In this document: positions 19,605-28,315 of the stretch, one piece after another | Layout of the letters: the number at the start of each line of letters is the position of its first letter | How positions within the stretch are numbered: the first letter of the stretch is position 1 | Origin: Clostridia bacterium | Lineage (GTDB): Bacteria > Bacillota > Clostridia > Oscillospirales > Acutalibacteraceae | Length of the DNA stretch: 64,000 bases | NCBI GenBank assembly: GCA_017406805.1 | Contig: JAFQXU010000001.1 | Span: 7,423-71,422 of the forward strand | Direction of reading: 5' to 3' | Position numbers and translations under genes: made by a program | Notes under the pieces: model-generated | The model's input: the letters and a program-made list of their open reading frames with translations, nothing else | Told to the model about the DNA's origin: nothing | The model's database searches: none

Positions 19605-20558
19605 TTATTTATACCAATATTGCTTACTATTAATAACATCAAGCTGATTATAATTTAATATTTGAATATTAAAAGTGCTGTTCTCGCTACTCCATGTTAC
19701 TTCCGGAAGAACAATTTCTTCATCAACTTTTTCAACTAATTCGCTAAGGTGTTTTTGGCCTGTTGCTTTTACAATTGGGATATAACCTTTATTTATAGAA
19801 TGCTGCAATAAAACAGCAGGTGAAAAATGACGCTCTTTTACCAAACGCCCTCGTCCCAAAGGCCTGTAAGTTTCATATTTTATTTTATAAGATATACATT
19901 TACTATATACTTGATTTCCCATATTAAATAAATCTAATAAAAATTTTGAGCCATACCAATATGGGTTTTGCACCACTTGAATATAATGAATTAAATTATC
20001 TCTTACCAATTTATCGAATTCACCCACAGTAACAGTACTAAGACCAAATTTTATATTCTTATATTTTATATCCTGTTTTAATTCTTTAAACACTCTTACT
20101 ACATCACTAAACGACACGGCAGGAGGAAGTTTTTTATTAAATACAAATTCATCTACATGACCAAATCTTTCTATTGATTTATCGAGCTTATTTCTAATAT
20201 AACCTTCTAAATTGTTAATATTTTCCACTAAACTATCCCCTACAAACACACTACCCCCAAAAGTACCGGGAAATGAAAATCTAGAAATAATATAAACATT
20301 GTTGCCCATAAATTTAGCTTCAAAATCTTGAACAGCCTTACCCATATTTTGCTCAACATCAGGATCATCTGACGATGTGTCAATATTATAAAACCCATTC
20401 TCAAGCGCCTGCATCACATAACTATAAGCTTCTTGCTCACCAACTTCATCCGTCCCGATTATAACTTGATTTTTCTTTACCGCACTACATTTAAAAACTA
20501 TAAATCCCAAAATAAAAATAGCCAAAAACGACACTAATAAATTTTTTGAAAATTTCAT
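19605..20558 (-). CDS. Divergent aldo/keto-reductase-like protein with N-terminal signal/anchor; catalytic tetrad apparently not conserved
   Basis: The AKR scaffold pattern is visible (ALENGFYNIDTSS, KLDKSIERFGHVDEFVF, KFGLSTVTVGEF, YRPLGRGRL, INKGYIPIVKATGQKHL). The usual Y/K/H positions are substituted. Confidence 0.35.
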   Translation of the reverse strand: MKFSKNLLVSFLAIFILGFIVFKCSAVKKNQVIIGTDEVGEQEAYSYVMQALENGFYNIDTSSDDPDVEQNMGKAVQDFEAKFMGNNVYIISRFSFPGTFGGSVFVGDSLVENINNLEGYIRNKLDKSIERFGHVDEFVFNKKLPPAVSFSDVVRVFKELKQDIKYKNIKFGLSTVTVGEFDKLVRDNLIHYIQVVQNPYWYGSKFLLDLFNMGNQVYSKCISYKIKYETYRPLGRGRLVKERHFSPAVLLQHSINKGYIPIVKATGQKHLSELVEKVDEEIVLPEVTWSSENSTFNIQILNYNQLDVINSKQYWYK

Positions 20559-20725
20559 AAAATCATCCTTTCGTTAAAATAATTGCTTATAATTATAATA
20601 CTATTATAGCAAAAAAATCAATATAACTTTTATTTAATAATGCTAAATTTAATATTATCCTGACAAAGTGCAACGTAACACCTGTATATAAACCATTGGT
20701 GCACAAATATATTTTTATAAAACAG

Positions 20726-20754
20726 TTGACAAATAACTAAATATGTGTTACAGT
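20726..20754 (+). promoter_or_regulatory. Sigma-70-type promoter with extended -10 (TTGACA-17 nt-TACAGT, TGt upstream)
   Basis: TTGACA at 20726-20731 and TGTTACAGT at 20746-20754. Confidence 0.55.
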
Positions 20755-20795
20755 TAGTTTTAGTAAATTCAAAAACAAAAGGAGGCTAAAAAACT

Positions 20796-21032
20796 ATGGA
20801 TTTCAAAAAATTAACCGATACCGAACTTGAAAATATTACAGGTGGGAAAAAAACAAAAATAAAAATAACTACAAAAGAAAAGTATTACCATGATGACTCG
20901 CTGACATGTTTTGCAAGGATGTGCACAGAAAGTCCTATTGCGGGAGCAATCAGCGGAGCATTTTTAATAGTATTTGGTGCATTTATATTTGGCATAAGCA
21001 TCCACAATGCTTCAAGAAATAATAATCACTAA
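20796..21032 (+). CDS. Double-glycine-leader bacteriocin-like precursor peptide
   Basis: The leader MDFKKLTDTELENITGG matches the LSxxELxxIxGG consensus. The 61-aa core has a Lys-rich segment, two Cys and one hydrophobic helix. Strong RBS AAGGAGG. Confidence 0.65.
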   Translation: MDFKKLTDTELENITGGKKTKIKITTKEKYYHDDSLTCFARMCTESPIAGAISGAFLIVFGAFIFGISIHNASRNNNH

Positions 21033-21145
21033 ACAATCACATCGCATTTCTTTAAATATTAAACTTGACACTTCCAGACTAAAATGCCGTGATTATATAT
21101 TTTATTTTTAAAACAAATACAAATCGAAAATCGCTTGGCAAATCG

Positions 21146-21185
21146 AAAAAGCACCCTGAATTCAGGGTGCTAAATTATTTATTTT
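21146..21185. terminator. Bidirectional terminator
   Basis: The 20-nt palindrome GCACCCTGAATTCAGGGTGC is flanked by an A-run and T-runs, between convergent genes. Confidence 0.7.
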
Positions 21186-21554
21186 TTATTTATAATATTT
21201 TTCTTCCTTTTTCTTTTGACCTCTCGCCCATTCAGAATTTAAATCACAATCATTATCTGCAGCAATCTCAAACAAAAGATACATCATATCGTAAATTTGA
21301 TGTGAAACAGCAGCGTTGTCAGAATTTTTAACGGCTGATTTTAACAAGTCCAACTCTTTTTCCAACCATACTAATTTTTGGTCTTGATTTTTACATAAAA
21401 CCCCAATTTTTTTCATAAACTCTTTTACTTGATCTCTGTATTTATTTAACCCCATATCAGTATCCCAGTACTTTTCTTTTACTTCATCTGTGTACTGTTT
21501 TTTGTAATTTTGTAATTTTTTAATTTCAAAAATATCAAATTCACTAAAACTCAT
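21186..21554 (-). CDS. TipAS-like C-terminal domain ORF (intact, with its own RBS)
   Basis: 122 aa. YTDEVKEKYWDTDM resembles the TipAS antibiotic-recognition domain. AAGGGAG lies 8 nt upstream of the ATG. Confidence 0.55.
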   Translation of the reverse strand: MSFSEFDIFEIKKLQNYKKQYTDEVKEKYWDTDMGLNKYRDQVKEFMKKIGVLCKNQDQKLVWLEKELDLLKSAVKNSDNAAVSHQIYDMMYLLFEIAADNDCDLNSEWARGQKKKEEKYYK

Positions 21555-21895
21555 GTTATCATCTCCCTTAAGCGTTTTATCTACAAGCCTAATTAACTTG
21601 TTTAATCTGCCCAGTTTTAATGTGAATAAATTTTTGTGATTTAAAAGTGCTTTTTCTATATCAAAGTTAAGATTTTTTATTATGGATTCGATTTCTTTAA
21701 GTGGGAAATTCCAATTCCTTAAAAAACAAAATTTGTTGCAAAGTTTTTAGATCTTCATCGCTGTAAAGTCTATATCCTGATTCAGAATATTTGCTCGGTT
21801 TAAATAAACCTACCCTGTCATAGCGATGAAGCGTTTTACACTAACAAGATTATACTTGAATTCTTGTCCAAACGAGACTAATGTAAATCCCATAT
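21186..21895 (-). pseudogene. MerR/TipAL-family regulator disrupted by two compensating frameshifts
   Basis: The frame from ATG 21895 gives [20 protein letters not shown]. The conserved [43 protein letters not shown] is in a shifted frame between homopolymers at 21834-21837 and 21703-21705. The original frame then resumes ([11 protein letters not shown]...) and runs into the 122-aa ORF. Confidence 0.7.
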
Positions 21896-21909
21896 TTTTA
21901 ATATTTTTC

Positions 21910-22548
21910 ACAATTCGCACCGTACCCCGTGTAGGGTGCGACCATTGCTTCTTTTGTAATTTTCTTTTCAGACTTGATATTTCAATCCACGCACCCCGTA
22001 AGGGGTGCGACTAAGCGATTGTGCCATACCTGCAACAGAATACTTATTTCAATCCACGCACCCCGTAAGGGGTGCGACACAAATGTTGGACAAAATGAGC
22101 GCCGAGATAGATATTTCAATCCACGCACCCCGTAAGGGGTGCGACTTATTACAATTGTATTTTGGAGACTCCCGATGGATTTCAATCCACGCACCCCGTA
22201 AGGGGTGCGACCCAGCTCCCTTATAAACAAAAACAAAAATAAAAAAGATTTCAATCCACGCACCCCGTAAGGGGTGCGACTTATAACGATGATACTAAAA
22301 CATTTTCGTTTAATATTTCAATCCACGCACCCCGTAAGGGGTGCGACCGGTAAAACGATCCCGTCTTGTTTTAGCGTTTCGAATTTCAATCCACGCACCC
22401 CGTAAGGGGTGCGACTAGCCATTTATCACATCTCTGATTTTTACTCTATATTTCAATCCACGCACCCCGTAAGGGGTGCGACTTAATATATCGGTCTATA
22501 ACTCGCCCTTGAGGCATTTCAATCCACGCACCCCGTAAGGGGTGCGAC
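21910..22548 (-). CRISPR. Type I-C CRISPR array: 9 identical 33-nt repeats plus 1 degenerate terminal repeat, 9 spacers of 33-36 nt
   Basis: The repeat on the transcribed strand is GTCGCACCCCTTACGGGGTGCGTGGATTGAAAT. Repeats start at 21979, 22046, 22113, 22179, 22248, 22315, 22383, 22450 and 22516. The degenerate copy is 21910-21942, distal to cas2. Confidence 0.97.
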
Positions 22549-22717
22549 AGCAAAATTATACAAAAAATAAAAATATTTTTTATATAACATTGCAAATATC
22601 TAAAAAACATTTGGCTGTACATAAAAAGCACAAATAAATTTTAGATAATTTATTACATATTATACACATTTTCAAGTGCGAATCAACCCATAAAAATATG
22701 TTTACTTAGGTTTCGCA
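22549..22717 (-). promoter_or_regulatory. CRISPR leader (AT-rich, between cas2 and the first repeat)
   Basis: AT-rich 169-nt segment with no ORF. It is on the opposite side of the array from the degenerate repeat. Confidence 0.55.
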
Positions 22718-23008
22718 TTAAATAATTATGGTTCCCTCAATATCAAAACTTGGCTTTGCGCCTATATGATCTATTTTAGTTTTATACTTATTCCCAAGAT
22801 AATAAAACCTTAAACTATCTGTATCCTTATCTATTATTTTTTCAAGTTTGTTTTTTATTTGCAAAAATTTAGCTGTATCAGCAACACATTCAAATACTGA
22901 ATTCTGCACTCGCTGCCCATAATTCACACATTCTTTGGCGATTTTTCGGAGTCTTTTCTTCCCTGCAGAAGTTTCCGTATTTACATCGTATGTAATTAAT
23001 ATCATCAT
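22718..23008 (-). CDS. cas2: CRISPR-associated endoribonuclease Cas2
   Basis: 96 aa, MMILITYDV..., typical Cas2 length and N-terminus, adjacent to the array. Confidence 0.9.
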   Translation of the reverse strand: MMILITYDVNTETSAGKKRLRKIAKECVNYGQRVQNSVFECVADTAKFLQIKNKLEKIIDKDTDSLRFYYLGNKYKTKIDHIGAKPSFDIEGTIII

Positions 23009-23024
23009 TTCTTACTCACCTCTT

Positions 23025-24056
23025 TTATTTATAGAAAAACGGCGGATATTCATCTAAATCTCCCCGTAAGTACCTTGCTAACAACAATGCTTGTGCATAC
23101 GGCATTAGGCCCCATGGTAATTTCTCCCTTAAATAAGGGTGCAATATTTCTTCTTGAATTCTTTTATGCCATGATGACAAAATAGTTTTCCTGGTCTCAT
23201 CATCCATAATAACGGCTCCACTTTCTTTTTTGAGAAATCCTTTAGACTTTACAACTTGTTTATTAATCATACTGATAACAAACCTATCCGCCAAAACACT
23301 TCTGAATTCCTCCATTAAATCAAGCGCCAAAGACACTCTTCCTGGTCTGTCCGTATGAAAAAAACCTACATATGGGTCCAGCCCAACAGATTCAAGCGCC
23401 GAAACACAAATGCTTATAAGAAGCGTATACGAAAACGACAATAATGCGTTAACATTATCAAGCGGAGGTCGCCTGGTTCTTCCTTTGAAATAGAACTCTT
23501 GCTTTTGATTAAGTATTAAATCATTAAAGCACGAAAAATATATACTCGCACAATTACCTTCAAAACCCCTTAAAGTATCATGTGAATTCACTATTCTTAT
23601 TTTATTCAGATAATCACCCAAAATCTCAGATTTAGAATTCAAATTATCAATATCAAGTCTTAAGGGATAATCACGAACCGCTCGCTTAATGACAGCCATT
23701 GAATTATATACTTTCCCAGTGATAAAATTTCTTGATATCGCAATACTTCTGATAGGATCATCTGAAATTCTATACTGTTCTTTTCTAAGAAACACGTTAC
23801 CATTTATTTTTCCGACAACCCTAGATAAAAATTTACCACTTTGTGATAAAAAAATTATACTTACTCCTCTTTCGGAACATGCATTCATCAATGCAGGACT
23901 AGCACCGGTATACCCAAATGTTACAATCGATTCAAAATTATGGATCGGGAACTTAGAAATTAATTCATTTTCACGCCGTATACAAATACATTCTCCGTCT
24001 AAAGATAAATATACATCAGGAGAAGTGATAAAAAGAGTATTAAGTAATTTTCTCAT
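23025..24056 (-). CDS. cas1: CRISPR-associated endonuclease Cas1 (I-C type)
   Basis: 343 aa with a Cas1 pattern (LNTLFITSPDVYLSLDGE..., FHTDRPGRVSLALDLMEEFR). Confidence 0.9.
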   Translation of the reverse strand: MRKLLNTLFITSPDVYLSLDGECICIRRENELISKFPIHNFESIVTFGYTGASPALMNACSERGVSIIFLSQSGKFLSRVVGKINGNVFLRKEQYRISDDPIRSIAISRNFITGKVYNSMAVIKRAVRDYPLRLDIDNLNSKSEILGDYLNKIRIVNSHDTLRGFEGNCASIYFSCFNDLILNQKQEFYFKGRTRRPPLDNVNALLSFSYTLLISICVSALESVGLDPYVGFFHTDRPGRVSLALDLMEEFRSVLADRFVISMINKQVVKSKGFLKKESGAVIMDDETRKTILSSWHKRIQEEILHPYLREKLPWGLMPYAQALLLARYLRGDLDEYPPFFYK

Positions 24057-24720
24057 TTTTATTATCTCCTCCCTTTATAAAATTTTCAATGTAGCTTTTT
24101 ACAGATTTATCACTGCAAACTTTAGGTAAACACAAATCTTTCAACGAACAAGAATTACAATGTTTACTAGTTTTTACTTTCGGCGTATATTTTCGTTGAT
24201 ACATTACATGCATCTCAGATAGAATATCTTTAAACTCGTTTCTAAGTTCTTCATCAATAAAGACTTTTTCACGATGTTTTATTTCCACATAGTAAATATA
24301 CGCCTCCGAAATATCACAACAAAGCATTTCTTCTAAACATAACGCTTGTGCACAAAGCTGAAGTCTATCGCAATTTCTTCTTTTCGGGCCACCTTTTTTG
24401 TATTCCACTGGTACCACTTTATAAAAACCTTCTAAATCATTAACCTGTACGCCATTTTTATTTTTCTGAAATTCTACAATATCACATTCACCCGATATTC
24501 CAAGCTTTCTTGAAAAAATAGGCATACCTCGAACAATTACAACGTTTTTCCTGAACTCCCTAAAGAATTTATCGTGAGCTTTTTCGTGGGCAATGTGGCC
24601 TTTTACCGTATGATAGTTTTCGCCCCACTGATTTTCTACATGTATAAGTGCCCACTGTCGCCGACAAAACGAAAAATGCTGAATTCCCGAAATTTGCAAA
24701 AAATCTTCTTCACTAAACAT
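24040..24720 (-). CDS. cas4: CRISPR-associated exonuclease Cas4
   Basis: 226 aa with N-terminal ISGIQHFSFCRRQWALIHVE and a C-terminal CxxCxxxxxC cluster (CNSCSLKDLC). It overlaps cas1 by 17 nt. Confidence 0.9.
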   Translation of the reverse strand: MFSEEDFLQISGIQHFSFCRRQWALIHVENQWGENYHTVKGHIAHEKAHDKFFREFRKNVVIVRGMPIFSRKLGISGECDIVEFQKNKNGVQVNDLEGFYKVVPVEYKKGGPKRRNCDRLQLCAQALCLEEMLCCDISEAYIYYVEIKHREKVFIDEELRNEFKDILSEMHVMYQRKYTPKVKTSKHCNSCSLKDLCLPKVCSDKSVKSYIENFIKGGDNKNEKIT

Positions 24721-24729
24721 AAATATGTA

Positions 24730-25620
24730 CTATTTTATTTCGAAAATCTCAGGTTCCACATCGCAATTTTCAGGTTTTGTATAAGTAAACTCATAATCAT
24801 CTATACTCGTAGGTAATTCCTTGCACCTATCAGATTTTAGTTTTGCCTCTATGCTACCATGAATTTGAGCCGTTGTAACTTTTGGGGTTTTACAATTGTG
24901 TTTCCACCAATAAAACCTGCATACTTGCATAGTTCCTTCAGGGCGCGCAGATGATGAGTCATTTTCAAATAGAGTTTTTAAAGCCTCTTTTATTTTTAGT
25001 GCATCATCGTAAGTAAAACCAGTTTTTTCTGCGAGTTGACAATTTATGCTTCCTTTAATCTTATAAAGTCCAAAACGAACAAAATGTTTCATACCCATTG
25101 TATCCGGCGATTTTCCGCCATCTTTTGTCGGATCACCGTTAACACTTTTTGTTATCTGTATACTTTGTATATCAACACTGTTCACGCTAATTGCTTGATG
25201 AACCGAAACAGGTCCACGAACACCTATTGAAACATTACCCGATTTAAACGCAAAAACTTGTCCGAAACTTCTTACATCTATCCATTTTTCGCAAGTATAC
25301 TTCACCAACTTGTCTTCATCAAAATTTTTTTCTTTCTTCTCTGTTAATTCTGAAAACTCCTTTTTTGCACTGTCAAATCTTTCGGACAAACTCGTAAATC
25401 CGTCATCTGATCTTTCCTCCATTTTAACAAAGATGTTTTCGCCCATATCTTGAAGTCGGTTTCTAATTTTTCTCTTTATGCATACATCAGAAATTTCACC
25501 CAAATCATCAAGAGTTTGTCTGGGCCTGTTTCCGTTTAAAGGATCTCCATTAGGATTTGCATTTGTAGCTGATACAAACATTACAAAATCAATTTTGTTT
25601 CTTAAAGTTTCATTATTCAT
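24730..25620 (-). CDS. cas7: Type I-C Cas7 (Csd2)
   Basis: NANPNGDPLNGNRPRQT...ISDVCIKRKIRNR is the Csd2 pattern. ATG at 25620 follows GGAG and lies one nt after the cas8c stop. The track start at 25647 is less likely. Confidence 0.9.
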   Translation of the reverse strand: MNNETLRNKIDFVMFVSATNANPNGDPLNGNRPRQTLDDLGEISDVCIKRKIRNRLQDMGENIFVKMEERSDDGFTSLSERFDSAKKEFSELTEKKEKNFDEDKLVKYTCEKWIDVRSFGQVFAFKSGNVSIGVRGPVSVHQAISVNSVDIQSIQITKSVNGDPTKDGGKSPDTMGMKHFVRFGLYKIKGSINCQLAEKTGFTYDDALKIKEALKTLFENDSSSARPEGTMQVCRFYWWKHNCKTPKVTTAQIHGSIEAKLKSDRCKELPTSIDDYEFTYTKPENCDVEPEIFEIK

Positions 25621-25621
25621 T

Positions 25622-27529
25622 TTAATCGTCTCCTTCTGTATTTTCATTATTTTTAATATTTAAAGCTATCATCTGGCAGTGATATCCAAGTAAATAAAGC
25701 CCATCAAGTTTTTTGTCATTTTTATAATCTTCAGTTTTAAATTTACTATGTATCAAATCTAGCAAGTTACCGTAATATGCCCTTGACCCTGATGAAAGTG
25801 AAACCAAATAAGGTCTCAATCTTTTTTCTATAATTTCCCAAGTTTTAAAAGGCCTTTGCGAAAAAGCGCTCATATATCTTCCTGCATTCGTTTCATTCAC
25901 ATTCTTATCATTTTTCTTGTATTGTGCCGCTTTTTCTATCTTGTCGGCAACAGCCAAAAGCCTTCCGTAAAGATAATTTCTGTCTGTTATATTTTCGTCT
26001 AATGCCATTTTGTATTCCCCCTTATTATTTTCAAACCAATATTTTTTTACACACGAACACGTTGCCCGCAAAACAGATTCCCAATTAATATAACTTTTAT
26101 AACACTGCCTATTCGAAGCTTTATAAATAAGCTGTTCTACTATAGATTTAGGAATTTTTTTACCTTCAATTACGCAAGGCAACAATTTTGCCACTGTTAC
26201 CCCGAAAAATTTATCTTTCTCGATTTCTATAAAACCATTTTCTCTCTCATTTCCATAAGCGTACTTGACTATATCTAAAATTGATGGCATACCTTCAAAA
26301 ATTATTTTCTTGGATTTTTTAGAATTTTTGTCTTCTTTAATATATTTAAAATGCTCCCAAAAACCTTCTTTATGCCATTTTAAGATATTGTCAAGATACT
26401 CCTCCGTTAGAATCTCACGATAATATCTTATTGACATTCTTCCCTTACCAGGCGCTTCCAAAATTAAAATATTCATTTTTGCAATACCATTTTTTAAGTC
26501 TTTGCGAGGTGCTTTTAGAGTTTTTGCCGCTTTCATAAAGTCATCCAAGTAAACTTTATTTCCGGTGGAGTAGCTTTCAAAATTATTTTCATATATACCT
26601 AATGTGCTTTCCCATGGACGATTAGGAACCTTTTTAGAAAAAATCTGATTTTCCCATAAAACAAATTTTGATTCCCCTATTGTAAAACCCTGGTTTTCAA
26701 TAAGCCACTTAAGCGCAAGGCTAAATTTTTGGTTAGCGTGAATACCAATGCTAAAAGCTTCACTATCATTTAAAAATCTTCCACGATATGTAAAGTTAGT
26801 ACCATCATTTGCAGAAATAAGCTTTGAATTACCTAAAAATTTAAAAAAGTCTTTAGTTGCTAAATCTTCATTTCCCATAATATAGCAAATTTCTTTAAAC
26901 TCATTTTGCCCTAAAACACAGTTTTCATAATAATCCGTATATCGCTTTCTGACCACCTTATTCTGCCAAAGCTCGTCACTTTCTCCGTCATCTTTTGATA
27001 AATTATCGCTTCTATCTTTATTGCCGACCACCTCAAAAAGTAAAAACCACTTCTTATTTAGATCCAAACCTGTGTTTTTTATATCTTCTTTTAAAGTTCC
27101 GCATTTTATGTATTTAAGTAAGGAATTTATTTTCGGATGACTGTAATCAGAATTACACCAATTTTCAAGGTTCTTAATGTATTTTCCCATACCTTCTTTA
27201 TTATTTTCAAAATCAAAATACTCCAACAAATCAAAAACAGCATGCATCGCTTTTTGAGCTTTTTTGCCTGATCTTGCAAACGATTTACCGTTTACCGGAA
27301 TTATTATAGACTTATCCTCTTTTCTTTTTCCTACATGAATTTTTTGCCCTTCTTCTTTACTTCGCGAAAATTGCTCAGCACTTATAAAATATCCATCCTC
27401 ATTTAATGTAACAACCAGCAAAGGATCATTATTTACCGATTTATAATCATGATACAGCGGAGGCAAAGTAGAATTTTTATCATTTATTTGCTTATCATAG
27501 AATTCTATTAGATTTTTAAAAAGCCCCAT
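25622..27529 (-). CDS. cas8c: Type I-C Cas8c (Csd1) large subunit
   Basis: About 635-aa ORF in the canonical position between cas5 and cas7. ATG at 27529 lies 6 nt after AGGAGG. Confidence 0.85.
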   Translation of the reverse strand: MGLFKNLIEFYDKQINDKNSTLPPLYHDYKSVNNDPLLVVTLNEDGYFISAEQFSRSKEEGQKIHVGKRKEDKSIIIPVNGKSFARSGKKAQKAMHAVFDLLEYFDFENNKEGMGKYIKNLENWCNSDYSHPKINSLLKYIKCGTLKEDIKNTGLDLNKKWFLLFEVVGNKDRSDNLSKDDGESDELWQNKVVRKRYTDYYENCVLGQNEFKEICYIMGNEDLATKDFFKFLGNSKLISANDGTNFTYRGRFLNDSEAFSIGIHANQKFSLALKWLIENQGFTIGESKFVLWENQIFSKKVPNRPWESTLGIYENNFESYSTGNKVYLDDFMKAAKTLKAPRKDLKNGIAKMNILILEAPGKGRMSIRYYREILTEEYLDNILKWHKEGFWEHFKYIKEDKNSKKSKKIIFEGMPSILDIVKYAYGNERENGFIEIEKDKFFGVTVAKLLPCVIEGKKIPKSIVEQLIYKASNRQCYKSYINWESVLRATCSCVKKYWFENNKGEYKMALDENITDRNYLYGRLLAVADKIEKAAQYKKNDKNVNETNAGRYMSAFSQRPFKTWEIIEKRLRPYLVSLSSGSRAYYGNLLDLIHSKFKTEDYKNDKKLDGLYLLGYHCQMIALNIKNNENTEGDD

Positions 27530-27546
27530 TTTCATCCTCCTTTCTC

Positions 27547-28284
27547 TTATGAATTTAATGAATTAATTTCTTCTTCTACATTCTTAAAATTTTCATCTAA
27601 CCCAAACTTCTTTATGCTCATTTTTCTTATATGCCTTTTTTTCTCTACTGAATTTGGCTCTGGAAACTCAATTATTCCATTTTTCATTTTGCAATGCCAA
27701 AACCTAACCGTCATATAATCCTTATCTTCCGACAAAAACGCTTCATCAGGGTAAGTTATACCATGAAACATATTGCCGAAGTCAATTGGTTCACTATCAT
27801 ATTCGTAAAAACTTTTCACTGTTTCAAAATTGCACGGCTTTACATATCCTGAACATTCACGAGTCCCTAAAAATATATCCCGTCTGCCTCCTCTTTCGAG
27901 TGCTCTTTTCGCCATAAAATAATGCTTGTCCTCTATGCGATCTTTTTTCAGTTCAGGCCGATTTGTGTTCCAAACAAAATGTGCTTCTACGACATATCTC
28001 ACGTCTTTTAAGTATGTATAAAACGACCTATCACACACACTGCTGTCATTATATTTCATAGTTCGTATACTTTTAGATTCAGTTTTAATAGGATTCAAAA
28101 CTTTTACTCTGTCTATAATCCATATAATAGTCGGTTTCCAGTAGATACTGTGCAAAATCCCTTTCAAAGCCTCATAAGTAGGAACATAATGGGAATTCTT
28201 TTCTCCACCTACTCTTGTAATAGGGTCTGAGAACAATGCATAATCCCCGTAAATTTCAAATTCCAAGGTGTTCTTTTTTTTCAT
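27547..28284 (-). CDS. cas5: Type I-C Cas5d (pre-crRNA processing subunit)
   Basis: LEFEIYGDYALFSDPITRVGGEKNSHYVPTYEALKGILHSIYWKPTIIWIIDRVKV is the Cas5d pattern. ATG at 28284 lies 8 nt after GGGAG. Confidence 0.9.
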   Translation of the reverse strand: MKKKNTLEFEIYGDYALFSDPITRVGGEKNSHYVPTYEALKGILHSIYWKPTIIWIIDRVKVLNPIKTESKSIRTMKYNDSSVCDRSFYTYLKDVRYVVEAHFVWNTNRPELKKDRIEDKHYFMAKRALERGGRRDIFLGTRECSGYVKPCNFETVKSFYEYDSEPIDFGNMFHGITYPDEAFLSEDKDYMTVRFWHCKMKNGIIEFPEPNSVEKKRHIRKMSIKKFGLDENFKNVEEEINSLNS

Positions 28285-28315
28285 TTTATCATCTCCCTTC
28301 AAATATAATTTTCAT

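Noticed and set aside
21089-21331. 80-aa plus-strand ORF downstream of the bacteriocin as a possible immunity gene
   Set aside because: It reads through the bidirectional terminator and overlaps the TipAS-like ORF on the opposite strand. It has no RBS.
21826-22631. ORFs of 61-93 aa spanning the CRISPR array on both strands
   Set aside because: Their translations repeat PLRGAWIEI / HAPRKGCD, that is, they are translated CRISPR repeats. They are not genes.
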